Assembly (NCBI GenBank): GCA_032718475.1
Contig: JAUCBJ010001829.1
Span: forward strand, 1-52,949
Length of the DNA: 52,949 nucleotides
DNA from: Nemertoderma westbladi
Taxonomy: Eukaryota; Animalia; Xenacoelomorpha
Reading direction: 5' to 3'
Shown: positions 29,990 through 43,993 of the stretch, piece after piece
How positions within the stretch are numbered: position 1 is the first letter of the stretch
Layout of the letters: every line of letters begins with the position of its first letter
The notes under the pieces: generated by a model
What the model saw: the letters and a program-made list of their open reading frames with translations, nothing else
Told to the model about the DNA's origin: nothing
Databases searched by the model: none
Made by a program: the position numbers and the translations under genes

Positions 29990-30550
29990 AGCAGGTTAAG
30001 GCCGGATTTTCTAACCAAAACAATAAACAGTCACTTTACCAAATCAGGGAAAGGAGCAGGTTTTCTAACCAAAACAATAAACGATCATTTAACTAATTGA
30101 GGGAAAGGAGTAGGTTACAGAGACGGGATTTTCTAACCAAAACAATAAACGATAACATTACCAATTGATAGAAAGGTTACAGATGCGGGATTTTCTAACC
30201 AAAACAATAAACAGTCACTTTACCAAATCAGGGAAAGGAGCAGGTTACAGAGACGGGATTTTCTAACCAAAACAATAGACGATAACATTACCAATTGAGA
30301 GAAAGGAGCAGGTTACAGAGGCGGGATTTCCTAACCAAAACAATAAACGATCACTTAATTAATTGAGGGAAAGGGGCAGGTTACAGAGGCGGGATTTTCT
30401 AACCAAAACAATAAACAGTCACTTTACAAAATGAAGGAAAGGAGCAGGTTACAGAGGCGGGCCTTTCTAACCAAAACAATAGACGGTCACTTTACCAAAT
30501 CAGGCAAAGGAGCACGTTACAGATGAGGCGGGATTTTCTAACCAAAACAA
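29990..30550. repeat. ~68-bp minisatellite, about 9 copies
   Basis: CTAACCAAAACAA recurs at 30011, 30065, 30133, 30195, 30263, 30331, 30399, 30467 and 30538. Confidence 0.9.
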
Positions 30551-31779
30551 CCGGTCAGCCGGTAGGCCTACCAGTACCGTATTTAAATTGTAGGCTACAC
30601 AGTAGGCCTACAGCAGTACCGGTGCCGGTACCGGTACTAAAATACAGAAATGCCTGCTTTATACCTACATCTGTACATACAATACAGCAAAATAGTGCTA
30701 TATATACTAATACCGGTACTGATAGCCTGAGAGAACAGCTGTAGAGAAACCGGTAGCATGGAACCTAACATTGGATTTTTGGAGGACATAAAAAATAAAA
30801 AAAAAAAAAAAAAAGGATTTAAACGGACAATAAAAATTATTGCGTTTTAAAATTGCAAACATCAAATTTAGACTTTTGATGGCACTAAAAAAGTGAGCTG
30901 TAGATTAAGGTTGATGCCACGATATACGAAGGAAGCGTACTTGTGCATGGGGTTAGTTCTGTAATACAAACAGAAGAGGTCTAGGGCGTGCTATCTACTT
31001 TTTAGTTGAAGTGGCTAATGCTGAATGAATATTAATTGTCATCTACTGTGATCATCTTTGTACCAATGGTAGAGACAGGCAGATGATGCCCCCTATGATT
31101 TAGGTACCTTGTATTAATCACAGTTGAGAAAAGATTACTCCCTTCCTAACTCCTTTTGATAGAACGGTTCGCCAGTGGCTGCTGCCGCTCACAGTCATTG
31201 TAGATAAATACTTATTGATTGGCTTGAATTTCCCGGCGCCAGTGAGTAATAATATAGTACAATATAAGGTACCACGAGGTGAATAGTTTGGATTATATGT
31301 TTTAATAAGATATATGGATTTAGCAGCAAAAAATGTTTAGCATTGTGTATGTATAATGTGATTAATTTTTGAAATTACAACGTTACAGGAAGTTAAGAAT
31401 AAATACCTTATATACCTTAGTAAATTATTTTTTCGTTTTCTTTTATCTTAAGTTCGATGAGTACAGAGTTCCAGAAGGCTGACTCTGGTAATAAATAGAG
31501 TATAACCTATAATTTAGTCTAAGTAAAGAAGCAATGTAGCCAGAGGAGGTAGCCAGCAGGTAGAATAACCTTGAGATATTTTCTGATATAGAATACTAGA
31601 AACGGGACTAGTGGCCTGTGAAGGAACCGCCTTGTCACCAATTCCGAAAAAAAAGTAGATTTTTTCAGTTTCAATGACTCCGGATGCAGATTTTTATGAG
31701 GATTTCAAAACTTCAAACCGTTTGTTAATAGCTAATGTGGTTCAAAAGTTTTGAGTGATAATGTTAACCTTATTCTGTG

Positions 31780-32240
31780 TAAGTGTCTGTGAAAAGAGTC
31801 TGTCTGGGATTGTGTTTCTGACGATTTGTCTGTTAATATATAAAAAAAAGCATTCATCCTTGATAAAAGTTTTGTCATGGGTTTAAAGGGTCGCTGATTT
31901 CATTCCAAATGTCAGTTAGTTTGCACTTTTAACGAAAACTATTATGTCTATATGTCGGCCTGTCAGTCTGTCTGTCCGTCCGACGATTTGTCTGTCATAA
32001 TATAAGAGCATCATACCACCAAGCTGAAAGTTTTGTTATGGGGGTTACCCTGGTTCCTGATTTCATTTCCGACTGTCAGTTTGCATGTTTAACAAAACCT
32101 ACTATGTCTGTATGTCTCTCTGTCAGTTTTTCTGTCTGTCCAGCGATCTGCCTGTCAAAGTTATATGAAAACATACCAACTAGCTAACAATTTTGAAATT
32201 TTCATGGTTGGTGATTTCATTTCTGACGTCATCCACATTG
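31780..32240. repeat. Degenerate ~165-175-bp internal repeats (about 3 copies), probably part of a DNA transposon
   Basis: Recurring GACGATTTGTCTGT...AAAGTTTTGT.ATGGG...TGATTTCATT...TGTCAGTT blocks. Confidence 0.5.
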
Positions 32241-33039
32241 TCAGTTCAGCTGTCGCCATATTTTGACGGACAGACAGACAGCAATTCAATGAAATCACTG
32301 ACCAGGAAAATCCTTGCAACAAAATTTTCATTCTGTTCTGAATGTGTGTCATTCTGGTCTGGTTGTGTGCATTCCAACATTTCACATTAAAATGCTTTTT
32401 TCTGGCAAATGCAATTTATAAATTTCAAAATGCAAAGGCTTTTCCAAAAATGAACGAATTCGCGTGAAATTTGGCATGATTGATGATTTGGGTAATGCTC
32501 CTATTGCCATTTTTTTTTCAATTTGTTACTGGTTGCTGAAATATAGGTCGAAAAGTGTCAAATTTAGGTAAAAATTGGGAAAATGTGTAAAAAAAGTGGC
32601 AAAAAAATGTTTTTTTCAAATAATTTTTGATCATGAGCAGAGCATTTTAACAAAATACTGGTAGGGCCTACTACAGTCGTTTAATGACCCCATTGCACAC
32701 AAAGTATGAAATTTTGGGCACTTGACGACCATCCATCTAAGATAGATATGATTTCTATATCTAAGAAAGAATAGCATAAATTATGTTAATTATAAGTAAA
32801 AAATTAAAAATTTCTAAAAAATATTTGAAATTTTTTTATCCACACACTGTATTAATAATTGTAGTGTGCAAAATATAAATAAATATGGATCAAATCCAGA
32901 TTGCTAAATATGGGGATGAAAATTTCTATTCATTAGTTAATTCTAGCTGAGATATATTTCGGCCAATCACAGAGTCCCAATCCTAGACCCCAACCCAAAA
33001 GTCGTGGCCCTCCCAGGGTGTTGAGACTAAGGTGAGGGA

Positions 33040-33400
33040 TGTTCCTAGTGAGTTTCCTAATAAGTATATGGGATTTCCAGGATAGTTTGATATCTCATGA
33101 TTTTTAACAGGATAAGGTGAGTTATTGATTTTATTTTTGAAAATCAGTTGGGTTGGATTGTCTGTTAGAGAGTAAAGTGAATTCCATTTGTTGTTAGATT
33201 TAAAAGAATTCAGACAGCCTGCCTGAGAGTATGTTTAGTGTGAGTTTAGTCCATATGGGGAGGAGTTGGCAAAGTTATTTAGAATAAATAAGTTAGTACA
33301 CGTTGCGTAAAGAGTAATCTCATCGGCAGAGGGGGCAGTGAAAAGCCGATTATCGTTATGAAGGTCACTGATGTAAATCAGGAATTGGATGTGTTAACAT
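33040..33400 (-). pseudogene. Highly degenerate LINE RT remnant
   Basis: Minus strand reads FLIYISDLH...SADEITLY, resembling LFLIYINDL...FADD of CR1/L2-group RT. Confidence 0.4.
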
Positions 33401-35073
33401 GGTTAACATGAATTACAAGTTATTACAAGTTGTATCATGTTAACATGTGTTAACTGTCAACCACTGTTACCAGGGGATGACAGTGCTGATGGGGATTATT
33501 AATAGGTATGGTTGCTAATGGAACTACAGTGGGAACAATGGGGTACAGTTGAAGAGGTAGGCTGCAAATACTATAGCAGGAGAATACGGTGTCCACTAAT
33601 GGTGTAAAATGATTTTTTAAATCAAAATATATATACAAGAATAATTTAATGATTTTTATTGTCGAGGTATTGGTGCTGTAAGAATTTGAGATCAAATGAT
33701 AATCAAGGGGTCATAGGTCAATCTAAATTCAGCAATATATCAGTATTATTTCTAATTTTATCCAAACCCAATGAAGATAGTATATCTCAAATAAACTGAT
33801 TTTACCAAGGTCTAACCATGGTTTTACCGTGGTTAATTAAATACATCAAGTCTGTCTAATGGCAGTGCAAATGAGATGACAAGTCTTCTATTCAAATTCT
33901 ACTATACCCTGATAAACAAACCCCACTAACAACGGAAAAACTAAAAATTTATTTGTTCAATAGGTGAATGACAGCAAAAGGACAAGTGCTATGTTCTCAG
34001 GCTGTATGTTCCCGGGCAGTATATTCCTGGACATCATGTTCCCGGACGCCGGACATGTTCCAAAAGAATATGTAACACACTGTCCACCAGAAATAACGGG
34101 AACATATTACAAATATTACAATTATAATACAATAATACATGCATGTATAGTATATCATAGTATATAAAACTGTATCAATAAATTAAAACTAGGAACTACG
34201 GAGACGATATTTTGCAGAGCATTTATAGAGTGCAGTCCCCAGTGCAATCCCAACCTTTATTATTCAGCCAATGATAAAGAAGTGGCTACACCCCGTAAGA
34301 CATTATTAAGTAAGGCCTACTGTGATGCAACTGCAACTAATAAGAAATTTATTGACTTGCTGTATGACTGTTTATACAGTACATGATACTGTAACAGAAT
34401 ATTCAATGGTTTTCACTGATCCGACAGTGTTCGGCTTGTGCAAACCCCAGAGAGGGTTTCCTGTTTCTTATTTGAATTGTCTATGAACCGGTCGAAACAA
34501 AGCTTCTCCCTACCGTTCTTAGTTTTTATCCGGTTAGGTTCATAAGTAATTAGAGCTTGTAGCTGACATAAACTTTATAAACTAATAATTTATCTATTGT
34601 ATTATGACTTCTGTTAAATATGTTTAACCTTGTTTATTAGATTTGATTAGGATGGATTTCTATAAAATTATTTTATATTTTAATGTTTTAATAATTTATT
34701 AATGGGAATTCAGTAATGGGAACACAAGTACTAAAAATAGCCAACGTGTGGCATTACCTGACCACTTTCGTTCAATTCTCAGAAGCAACAAGCTAGCAGT
34801 TAGACAATCTACTGTAGGAGCACGAATCACAATTATAAAATGTATAATTTTGTCCCAAATAGCATACTCTAAATTAAAGTACCAATTTATCTCTACAGAT
34901 AGATTTGGGAAACATAGGTTTAGCTGTTATTTTGGAATAAACTTAGTGTTACATATTCAAACTCTGTGCCTCAACCAATCCTTTACCAAACCAATATAAT
35001 TTCGAAAGACTAGCTAGAATCAATAATTTCTAAGACCAATACTCAATCCTGCAATTCGGTAAAGAACTATCTG

Positions 35074-35142
35074 GATAAAAAACTATCTCACTGACAGGAT
35101 GCAATATGTTACTGCAGAGGGAGGAGAAGGAAAATCTACAAA
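35074..35142 (+). repeat. Short LINE RT fragment nearly identical to ~38877-38951
   Basis: CTGGATAAAAAACTATCTCACTGACAGGATG.AATATGTTACTG.AGAGGGAGGAGAAGGAAAATCTACAAA occurs in both places. Confidence 0.8.
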
Positions 35143-36363
35143 GACAGAACAGAACAAAGAATAAGGGTGTTGAAATAAAACCTAGCTACAACTTATTTTT
35201 CCGAAAATACTTAGCCTACACAGTTTCTAATAGGGCTCGATCGGAGTTTTTATTTTGCCTGAGCCACAGTAGGATCCGGAGTGGAAAAAAATGCCAGAGT
35301 TTGACCGGAGCCAGAGTTTATACCATATGTGTTGTGTAGCAGTGTACAGTGTCAGTACTACTGTAGGTATGCTGTTATGTAAATTTGCCAAATTTTATAT
35401 TCCCAAAAAGGGGTTATGTATTTTCTTGGAACTATGGTAAATTTGCAGTTGATTCCTATCTTTGAACTTGTACAGAAACTAATTCATTTATTGTTTTGGT
35501 TAGATTCCATCCTTCTGTAACTTTGGTTTTAGTGAATCCGTAGGCCTAATACCAGTATTTATCCTTAACTGTGTCTAAATGTAACCTTAACTGTGTATAA
35601 TAATTAAACGTTAATACAAAAACGAATGTGGAATCGCCAGTACACCAACTAGAAATAAATACTCAGAATATGCGATAATGTTAAGGCACTCAGACTCCAA
35701 CTCGACAACGAAAAGAAAAGCCTAAGAGACTCAATGCTAAATCTCGATACTGCTATCCAAACTAAAGTTCGCAGTGAGGTCCAGTCTGCTATTTCATTAT
35801 CAGGAAGCCAACTAAATGAAGAAGCCATTTAAGAAATTTCCCAAAATGTATACCTTGGAATAGAAATGGAACTAAAAACAGTTGCTGGCCAAATTGAGAA
35901 ATCAACCACTGACGTTTCACCATAACTAAGCAACTAACCTCCATCAAGGAAGAAGTGGATGAACAAGAACAGTACTCCAGGAGAAACTGTATCGTCTTTC
36001 ACAGGTTCTCTGTCTCTGATTCAAAAGAGGATATTGATAAGTCCGCATCAAAGGTGATATCAAAACGCTGTCAACTGAAAGGTAAAGAAACATTCATTTT
36101 CGGAGAGTTTAACCAAACGGAGAACCACGTTACTTATACGTTTCTTGGTACATATACATCAAGAAAAAGGGGGGGACCTAGATCAGCCTGGTCTACAGAT
36201 GGAGGAGGAATATTAGTCACCTCACCCAACAGTTACACAATTTTAATAAAAAATGAAGATGACATAGCAGCGTGGAACCCACCAACTACAGTAAAAAAAA
36301 CGAACCTGACCAATCATCTATCAGGTGCATCCTTGGATAGCGGCGGAGTTTTGACTGATAAAC

Positions 36364-37740
36364 ACGGATCACTCTGCCATACTTATTGATAATATATACA
36401 CCAACACAGATGCACACCTAAAATTGGGAATAATTATACCAACACGCATAACGGATCACTCTGCCACACTTATTGATGATATATACACCAACACAGATGC
36501 ACACCTAAAATTGGGAATAATTATACCAACACGCATAACGGATCACTCTGCCATACTTATTGATAATATATACACCAACACAGATGCACACCTAAAATTG
36601 GGAATAATTATACCAACACGCATAATGGATCACTCTGCCATACTTATTGATGATATATACACCAACACAGATGCACACCTAAAATTGGGAATAATTATAC
36701 CAACACGCATAACGGATCACTCTGCCACACTTATTGATAATATATACACCAACACAGATGCACACCTAAAATTGGGAATAATTATACCAACACGCATAAC
36801 GGATCACTCTGCCACACTTATTGATAATATATACACCAACACAGATGCACACCTAAAATTGGGAATAATTATACCAACACGCATAACGGATCACTCTGCC
36901 ACACTTATTGATAATATATACACCAACACAGATGCACACGTAAAATTGGGAATAATTATACCAACATGCATAACGGATCACTCTGCCATACTTATTGATG
37001 ATATATACACCGACACAGATGCACACCTAAAATTGGGAATAATTATACCAACACGCATAACGGATCACTCTGCCATACTTATTGATAATATATACACCAA
37101 CACAGATGCACACCTAAAATTGGGAATAATTATACCAACACGCATAACGGATCACTCTGCCATACTTATTGATAATATATACACCAACACAGATGCACAC
37201 CTAAAATTGGGAATAATTATACCAACACGCATAACGGATCACTCTGCCACACTTATTGATAATATATACACCAACACAGATGTACACCTAAAATTGGGAA
37301 TAATTATACCAACACGCATAACGGATCACTCTGCCATACTTATTGATAATATATACACCAACACAGGTGCACACCTAAAATTGGGAATAATTATACCAAC
37401 ACGCATAACGGATCACTCTGCCATACTTATTGATAATATATACACCAACACAGATGCACACCTAAAATTGGGAATAATTATACCAACACGCATAACGGAT
37501 CACTCTGCCATACTTATTGATAATATATACACCAACACAGATGCACACCTAAAATTGGGAATAATTATACCAACACGCATAACGGATCACTCTGCCATAC
37601 TTATTGATAATATATACACCAACACAGATGCACACCTAAAATTGGGAATAATTATACCAACACGCATAACGGATCACTCTACCATACTTATTGATAATAT
37701 ATACAACACAGATGCACACCTAAAATTGGGAATAATTATA
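36364..37740 (+). repeat. 87-bp in-frame tandem array (about 16 copies) derived from the LINE endonuclease C-terminus
   Basis: The 29-aa unit GIIIPTRITDHSA(T/I)LIDNIYTNTDAHLKL is repeated 15 times in ORF 36424-37902, plus a partial upstream copy. Confidence 0.95.
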
Positions 37741-39015
37741 GCACCAATATCTGATCATTTACCAATATTTCTATTGATGGATACTCCAACAAGACAAAAA
37801 CAACACCAAAAATTCATATATCTTAGAAAAACAGAAACAACTACTCCTACAGATACCTACTTCTACAGAAACAACAAGCTTTTAAGACTGAACTGTTATT
37901 AACTCACTGGAGTGATTTCTACCATCAGTCCACAAGTGATGACGCCTATGATAAGTTTCTAAACAAATAGAAAAATATATACAATACCAATTTCCCATTA
38001 ATTAAACAAAAACTACAAAATAGCGTAGAGACCGAAACTATGGGAAATACATAAAAAACCAACACATGAAAACTTATAACTGAGCCTTCTCGACATCAAA
38101 CAACAAAACATCAGATCAGTGTGGAAAAATATAAACACATTAATAAACAAACGAAACAAAACAGCTTCACCAACTCTGATTGTACAAGATACTCACACAC
38201 ACACTGACCCCACTGACATCGCAACTGTTTTCAATGATCATTACATTAGTGTTGGAAATAAATTAGATAAAAATACACCTATACTACAGAATGTATCTCC
38301 CGTAGACTATCTACAGTACCACCAACTCAACCCACTAAACAACTAAGAAATTTTAACACAGTGTCACAGGCCAACATAATAAATAAACTCTCTGAAGAAA
38401 AATTCCAGCCCTGGACATGATGAATTAGCAGCGAGTACTGTATACCCTTCAATCACTCTAATTGCGGAACTGTTGCTATATAATAAACTTATAGAGGTAT
38501 TGTACCAGGCCAAATGAAAATTGCACGTATTACACCTATTTACAAATCATCAAACCCAACACTCGTTGTTACTACAGACCAATATCAGTACTTGTATATT
38601 TCTCTAAAATAATCGAAAAAATTGTACATAATGCAATAACAGATTTTCGTATTTCACTGAACTTTTACTTTTCAACCCTTCACAATTTGGATTTCATCAC
38701 AAACGCTCAACAGAACACACACTCCTAACACTAGTAGACTATGTAACTACTGTATCGCATTGGATAAGGGTGAATATGCAATTGGTGTCTTACTTGACCT
38801 ATCGAAGGCATTCAATACGGTTAACCATAACATACTAATAATTAAACTAGAACGATATGGTATCACAGGCACTCTCCTGGATAAAAAAAACTATCTCACT
38901 GACAGGATGAAATATGTTACTGTAGAGGGAGGAGAAGGAAAATCTACAAATCTCACTATCACAATGGGAATAGCTCAAGGGAGCCTCCTAAGCCCCCTTT
39001 TATTTATCATATACT

Positions 39016-39317
39016 ATCATACACTATATCATATACTTGGCTGCAGGGGTATATGGCCTGGCCAGGCAGATGGTGATCTACCAATCGCTGGTCAGGAGTA
39101 GAGTGTTCTCATGTCCACTCTGAGGGCACTTCACTGCGACCTGCACCTGGCAGCAGGGGTACAGGGCATGACCCAGCAGATGAGCTGCACAGCCAATGGT
39201 GGCTCATGTGCGCCAGAGTAGATATGGGTGATGGGCCTCATATCTGACTCCACTGCGACACCCACCCTGTGGAACGGCAAACCAGGGTGTGGTATTTGCC
39301 CCGAGAGCTGAGAGCTG
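39016..39317 (+). mobile_element. ~300-bp GC-richer retroposed insert inside the LINE RT
   Basis: Splits PLLFIIY from CNDL. Flanked by a 14-bp direct repeat ATTTATCATATACT (39002-39015 and 39318-39331); ends in (GAGAGCT)2. Confidence 0.7.
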
Positions 39318-42300
39318 ATTTATCATATACTGCAACGATTTACCAACTGTTTCCGAACTATCTAAATTTATATTGTTTGCAGTTGACACCAATATGTTTA
39401 TATCCGTTAATAACCTAACAGAACTACTATCAAGCACAAATCGAGAATTAGAAAACTAACAAAACGGTTTCAACTAAATAGACTTAATGCTTAACACACT
39501 CAAAACAAACTATAATTTTTCCAACTAGAAACAAACAAAGCAGACCTCCATCAGATCAACCAATAACTCTAACTATAAATAACACAATTATTGAACAAAA
39601 ACCAGTTATCAAATTTCTTGGAGTACTAATAGACGACCAACTCACGTGGAAGTATCACTACGACTACTTACTACAGTGTAAAATTAGCCGCAACATTGGT
39701 ATATTGAACAAGATCAAAAATTTAATATCTCCTCAAGTAGCTCCCGCGCTTTATCACACTAGGATCAGTCCTCATTAAATTATTCTGTTTCTGTCTGGGC
39801 CACCGTTTCCTACAGCAACAATCAAGGCGTATCGATCGGTATTGCCAAGTATACACAAAAAAACACCCTTACAAAAGACGAGAATGGCGAAAACCAACTG
39901 GCAGACCCACAACTTCAATTAAAATGCTAAACAAACTTCAGAACAAAGCAATAAAATTTACTGCTTTAGGGGGTAAAATTTGTGTTTCATCTACCTTTAA
40001 CTATATTTAATATAGTTAACGGTAGAGGAAACACAAATTTTGACCCCCTAAATATAGCATCTATTTGCACAAAACATATTGGAATACTGTGCTATAAATT
40101 TCTCAACAAATCCCAACCAGCGGATATTCTTCCCAAACTATACATTATCAAACAGAACACACACTTACATTACACGCCGTGCAATGAATAATAATTGCAC
40201 TATACAACGCACACGACCACTGATTACTAGACAATCTATCATGGTAAGATCTCCGGAAGTGTGGAACAATCTTCCTATTCCACTCACTAAGACAACAAGC
40301 AACAACTTTAACCTCTTTCAAAAAACTACTATGTGAGTCCCTGAGCCAGTCTCAAATAGTGGTGAACTATACCAACGTCCTTATTTCAACATACTTCTTA
40401 ATACATTTTGAATTAATTTCCTACTGTTCTGTACTTACTGTAGTTTGTCTCTCAAAAGTTAAGATTTAGTTTAGTTTCATTTTTCTAGTTTAGATCCACT
40501 TATTATCAAAACAATAAAAATAATCAAAATCATACTAACATCTAACATAATCCATAGGCCTACCGATATCGGACATTTTTTATTTTTATTGTTCAATTTT
40601 TTATTTTCAATTACCTTATTTTTTTTTTTCATTTTCAACAAATAGAAAGCGGTGGCTAATGTATTGGGCCTTCCCGGTTAACCACCGCCTATATCAATGC
40701 GATACATGAAATTTTTTTTTTCAAACTACGTAGATTTGTGCATGAATATTACCGAATATCTTTAAATATCTTTACTGTAAATTGTGCATATTATTAATTT
40801 TATATTTTTTACCGTTATAGATATAGAAATAATAATAATAATAAATAATAATAATAATGGTCCATAAAAATGCACTGCGGGTCCCATTAGTTAGGTGCTG
40901 GATTGTCAGACTGTGTAGGCCTATTCAGGCAGTCAGGTACCGGAATTAGATTTCTTCAGGACACAGGCTTAAGTAGTACACCAGTAAATCTAAGTTATTA
41001 CATAGTATTACTGTAGTACTAGTAGTAGTACAGTCTGACAGTCAGACAGTAGTGCCAGTACTGGATAGGCTATGGGATTATACTGTACTGGAGTATACTG
41101 CTCCCATGCTGTACGCCTATACTATATATTATGTACATTAATATAAAACTTACATAAAAAACTCCGGCTCTGGTAATTTTTCTAATTCGCTCCGGCTCGG
41201 AGCCGGATGTATGAAACTCCGATCGGAGCCGGAGCTGGAGCAGGAACTCCGATCGAGCCCTAGTTTCTAATACAATAATTCTTAATCTTACAAGTACAAA
41301 TTAAATAAAAGATTAATGAAATTAAATAAACTCAATGAGCCCCAGAATCGGCAACAGATAAGTGAGTATGAATTACTTACTTTGCATCAGCTGATCATGT
41401 GCACAAAGCTTCTAAAAACCCACTTCAACAAAACCCAGCTCTCACTTTACTCTATAAGCGCTTTTTCACTCTATAAGCGCAATGAAATCCTCACTATCAG
41501 CCTATTTGTGTCGATAACGAGTGCACCAAAAACATTGAACTCAATTTACAAGTTAAAATTAACTGTATTAGTTCGATTTCACGCTCTAAAATAGTTTCAC
41601 AATAATTTTATTTTTATTCTAATTCTAACAAACTTTAAACTTGGAATTTTACTTCCCAACGTAAGGAATTGTATTGGTATTTTAATTATTTCGGTAATTT
41701 TGGCTTGGCAGTTGGCTGAAATATCGAGTGTAACATGTGCCTCTGTCGTGATAATCAATAGCTAAAATCTAGTGATGACTTGACTTCACCTGATATCAGT
41801 GGGGAAGGGCCGTAGTACTTCTTTTGGTATATCGGATACCCCATTATTCATTCCTGCACCTCAGACTAGATTAGTTGATATATTAGATTTAAGGATATAT
41901 CTGAGGTTGACACATCTCCAAAGAAATTAATAATCACAATAATCAACAAATGACGCCAATCGTCAGGAAATTACCAACAAAACAGTATTGTGATATGAAG
42001 ACTTGTCTCACAAATGAAGAGAAATACCCACAATAAGTTAACAATCGGTACTAATTTAGTGACTAACTTTTACCTAATAATGCAATAACAAACTTTTACC
42101 CGTTCATGGGCCATCGCACACACGTAAGACCATGTGAGCCTTTGCATAGATGGAAAATTAGTAAACTAGTAGTCATCCAACCCAAGCGGTCGATAGATGA
42201 ACTATATAAGTCTTTCTGTGTTTAGAATATCTAAACTATCTATATTCTTCTGCTGGACTATATGCGCACCAAGTTTGGTTCGCTTTCATGAAAGATTGAC

Positions 42301-42578
42301 CGACTTATTAGTTATTAGCATTCAAACATTTTCGACAACCACAATGACGGACGGTTCACTAATTTTACCCCTATGCTAAGGTTCATCTGGACTTATGTGG
42401 CTCGCTCCACAAATTCACAAGTCGAAAAACTGTGATTTCACAAAACCCCTACCAATCGGTTCTCTTGGTTGCGAATATTTCTTACTATATTATTATAGAT
42501 TCTGCAACCAGTTTTACCAAACAGCTGTAAGTAAAGGCAAACGAACAATACAGATATAATAGAGACTTGTTAAGTTAA

Positions 42579-43993
42579 CCCTATTAGTACCGGGCTATAA
42601 AATGCTGTACAAATACCGGGGGGGGGGGGGGGGGGGGGGGCTGGTCATATTGACCCCTCCCTCTAAAATCTACAAATATTAACGAAAACGTCTGATTTTT
42701 TGTTTGTCCGTAGGTATCGCTAGTCTGGATCCGATCGAAAAAAAAATTTTCGAAAAAATGTACTGGGGTGGTAATATTGCAGCACCAAAATTACAAGTAG
42801 TGCATAATTTTCACAAAATTTGAAAGTTAAATTTTTCGGCTAATTATTTTTCAATACAGGATTTCTGGGGCGCAAAATACATTGAAAAATAATTAAAAAT
42901 GATATGATTACGATAAATGGCTGTTTAGTCCTCTATGCGTAGGAAAAAAATGAAAAAAACAAGTAACCAGCACTTTTCAGTTAGAACACAAAATTTTTAA
43001 TTCACATATACGATGCTATAAATTCACATTTTCAGGTTTTCTAGGGCGCTGATTCTAATGGAATACATTTCAAATATGCCAGATCATTGCTACTTGTATT
43101 TTTCGACGTAATTTGGCAAATTTTGGTGCTAGCACCAAATTTCGTACCCATCACCAAAAAGTACAAGTTTACGATGTCCAGTGCTGTTTTTATTGATTCC
43201 ATCGGATCCAGGACCCTCATAAACCCGTATAACGCAAGAATCAAGATGATACTATCTACTGATCAATTTACTCATTTTCCAAAATTTGGTGCTGGCACAA
43301 CAATTTTCACCCACAGGCGAAAAATATAAGTTTGGAAACTCTTATGAAATTTTTACTGATTCCATTGAATTCAGAACAGCCATAAACCTCTAAAATGCAA
43401 GAAATAAATTGTCACAATCAATTTTATCTATTGAATGGATTTTCAAAATTTCGTGCTAGCACTAAAATTTGCACACAGCACCGAAAAATACAAGTTTTAT
43501 ACGCTTGGTGCAACTCGTATATATTTCATCGAAACCAGAACCCCGAAAAACCCCAATTGCGTAAAAAACAAGTTTTAAACAATCAATTTATAAAATTGAC
43601 ATATTTCAAAATTTGGTGCTGGCACCAAAATTTAGCACCCGCCGAAAAAAACAAGTTTGAAATTTCTAATTTAATTTCAATTTATATGAATTCCATCCAA
43701 TGGCTAACACCAAAAAACCGGTGTAAATCAAAAATAGAGATGTTACAATTAATATTTAACGAAATGTAATTTTCAAAAAACGTCTCAAAAAAAGTGCCAA
43801 AAGTAGGGTTAAAAAATGGTGCTATAACTCGAAAACTCTCCAATATTTTGAAAACGGTTTTCATTACTAGGAAGACAATAGATTTTTAGGAAAAGTAATA
43901 AAATTTCAGATTCCCAACTGCGTTTCAGAATTATAATAAAAAAACCACGGGGGAGGGGGTCATATTGACCCCCCCCCCCCGGGTTTAATAGGG
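42579..43993. mobile_element. Non-autonomous piggyBac-like element
   Basis: TTAA TSD at 42575-42578 and 43994-43997; termini CCCTATTA...TAATAGGG; GGTCATATTGACCCC near both ends; internal AATTTGGTGCT(G/A)GCAC repeats; no transposase ORF. Confidence 0.85.

Larger units (their letters stand above)
35640..40858 (+). mobile_element. Degenerate near-full-length CR1/L2-group LINE (5' boundary approximate)
   Basis: ORF1 motif EQYSRRNC; APE endonuclease end PTRIT...LIDNIYTN...ISDHLPIF; RT LDLSKAF.TVNH.IL..KL..YGI, QGSLLSPLLFIIY; (AAT)n tail at ~40828-40858; many stops and frameshifts. Confidence 0.85.
35231..41262. mobile_element. Non-autonomous hAT-like element containing a nested LINE
   Basis: 18-bp TIR TAGGGCTCGATCGGAGTT / AACTCCGATCGAGCCCTA; 8-bp TSD GTTTCTAA (35223-35230 and 41263-41270); CCGGAG subterminal repeats. 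Confidence 0.9.
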
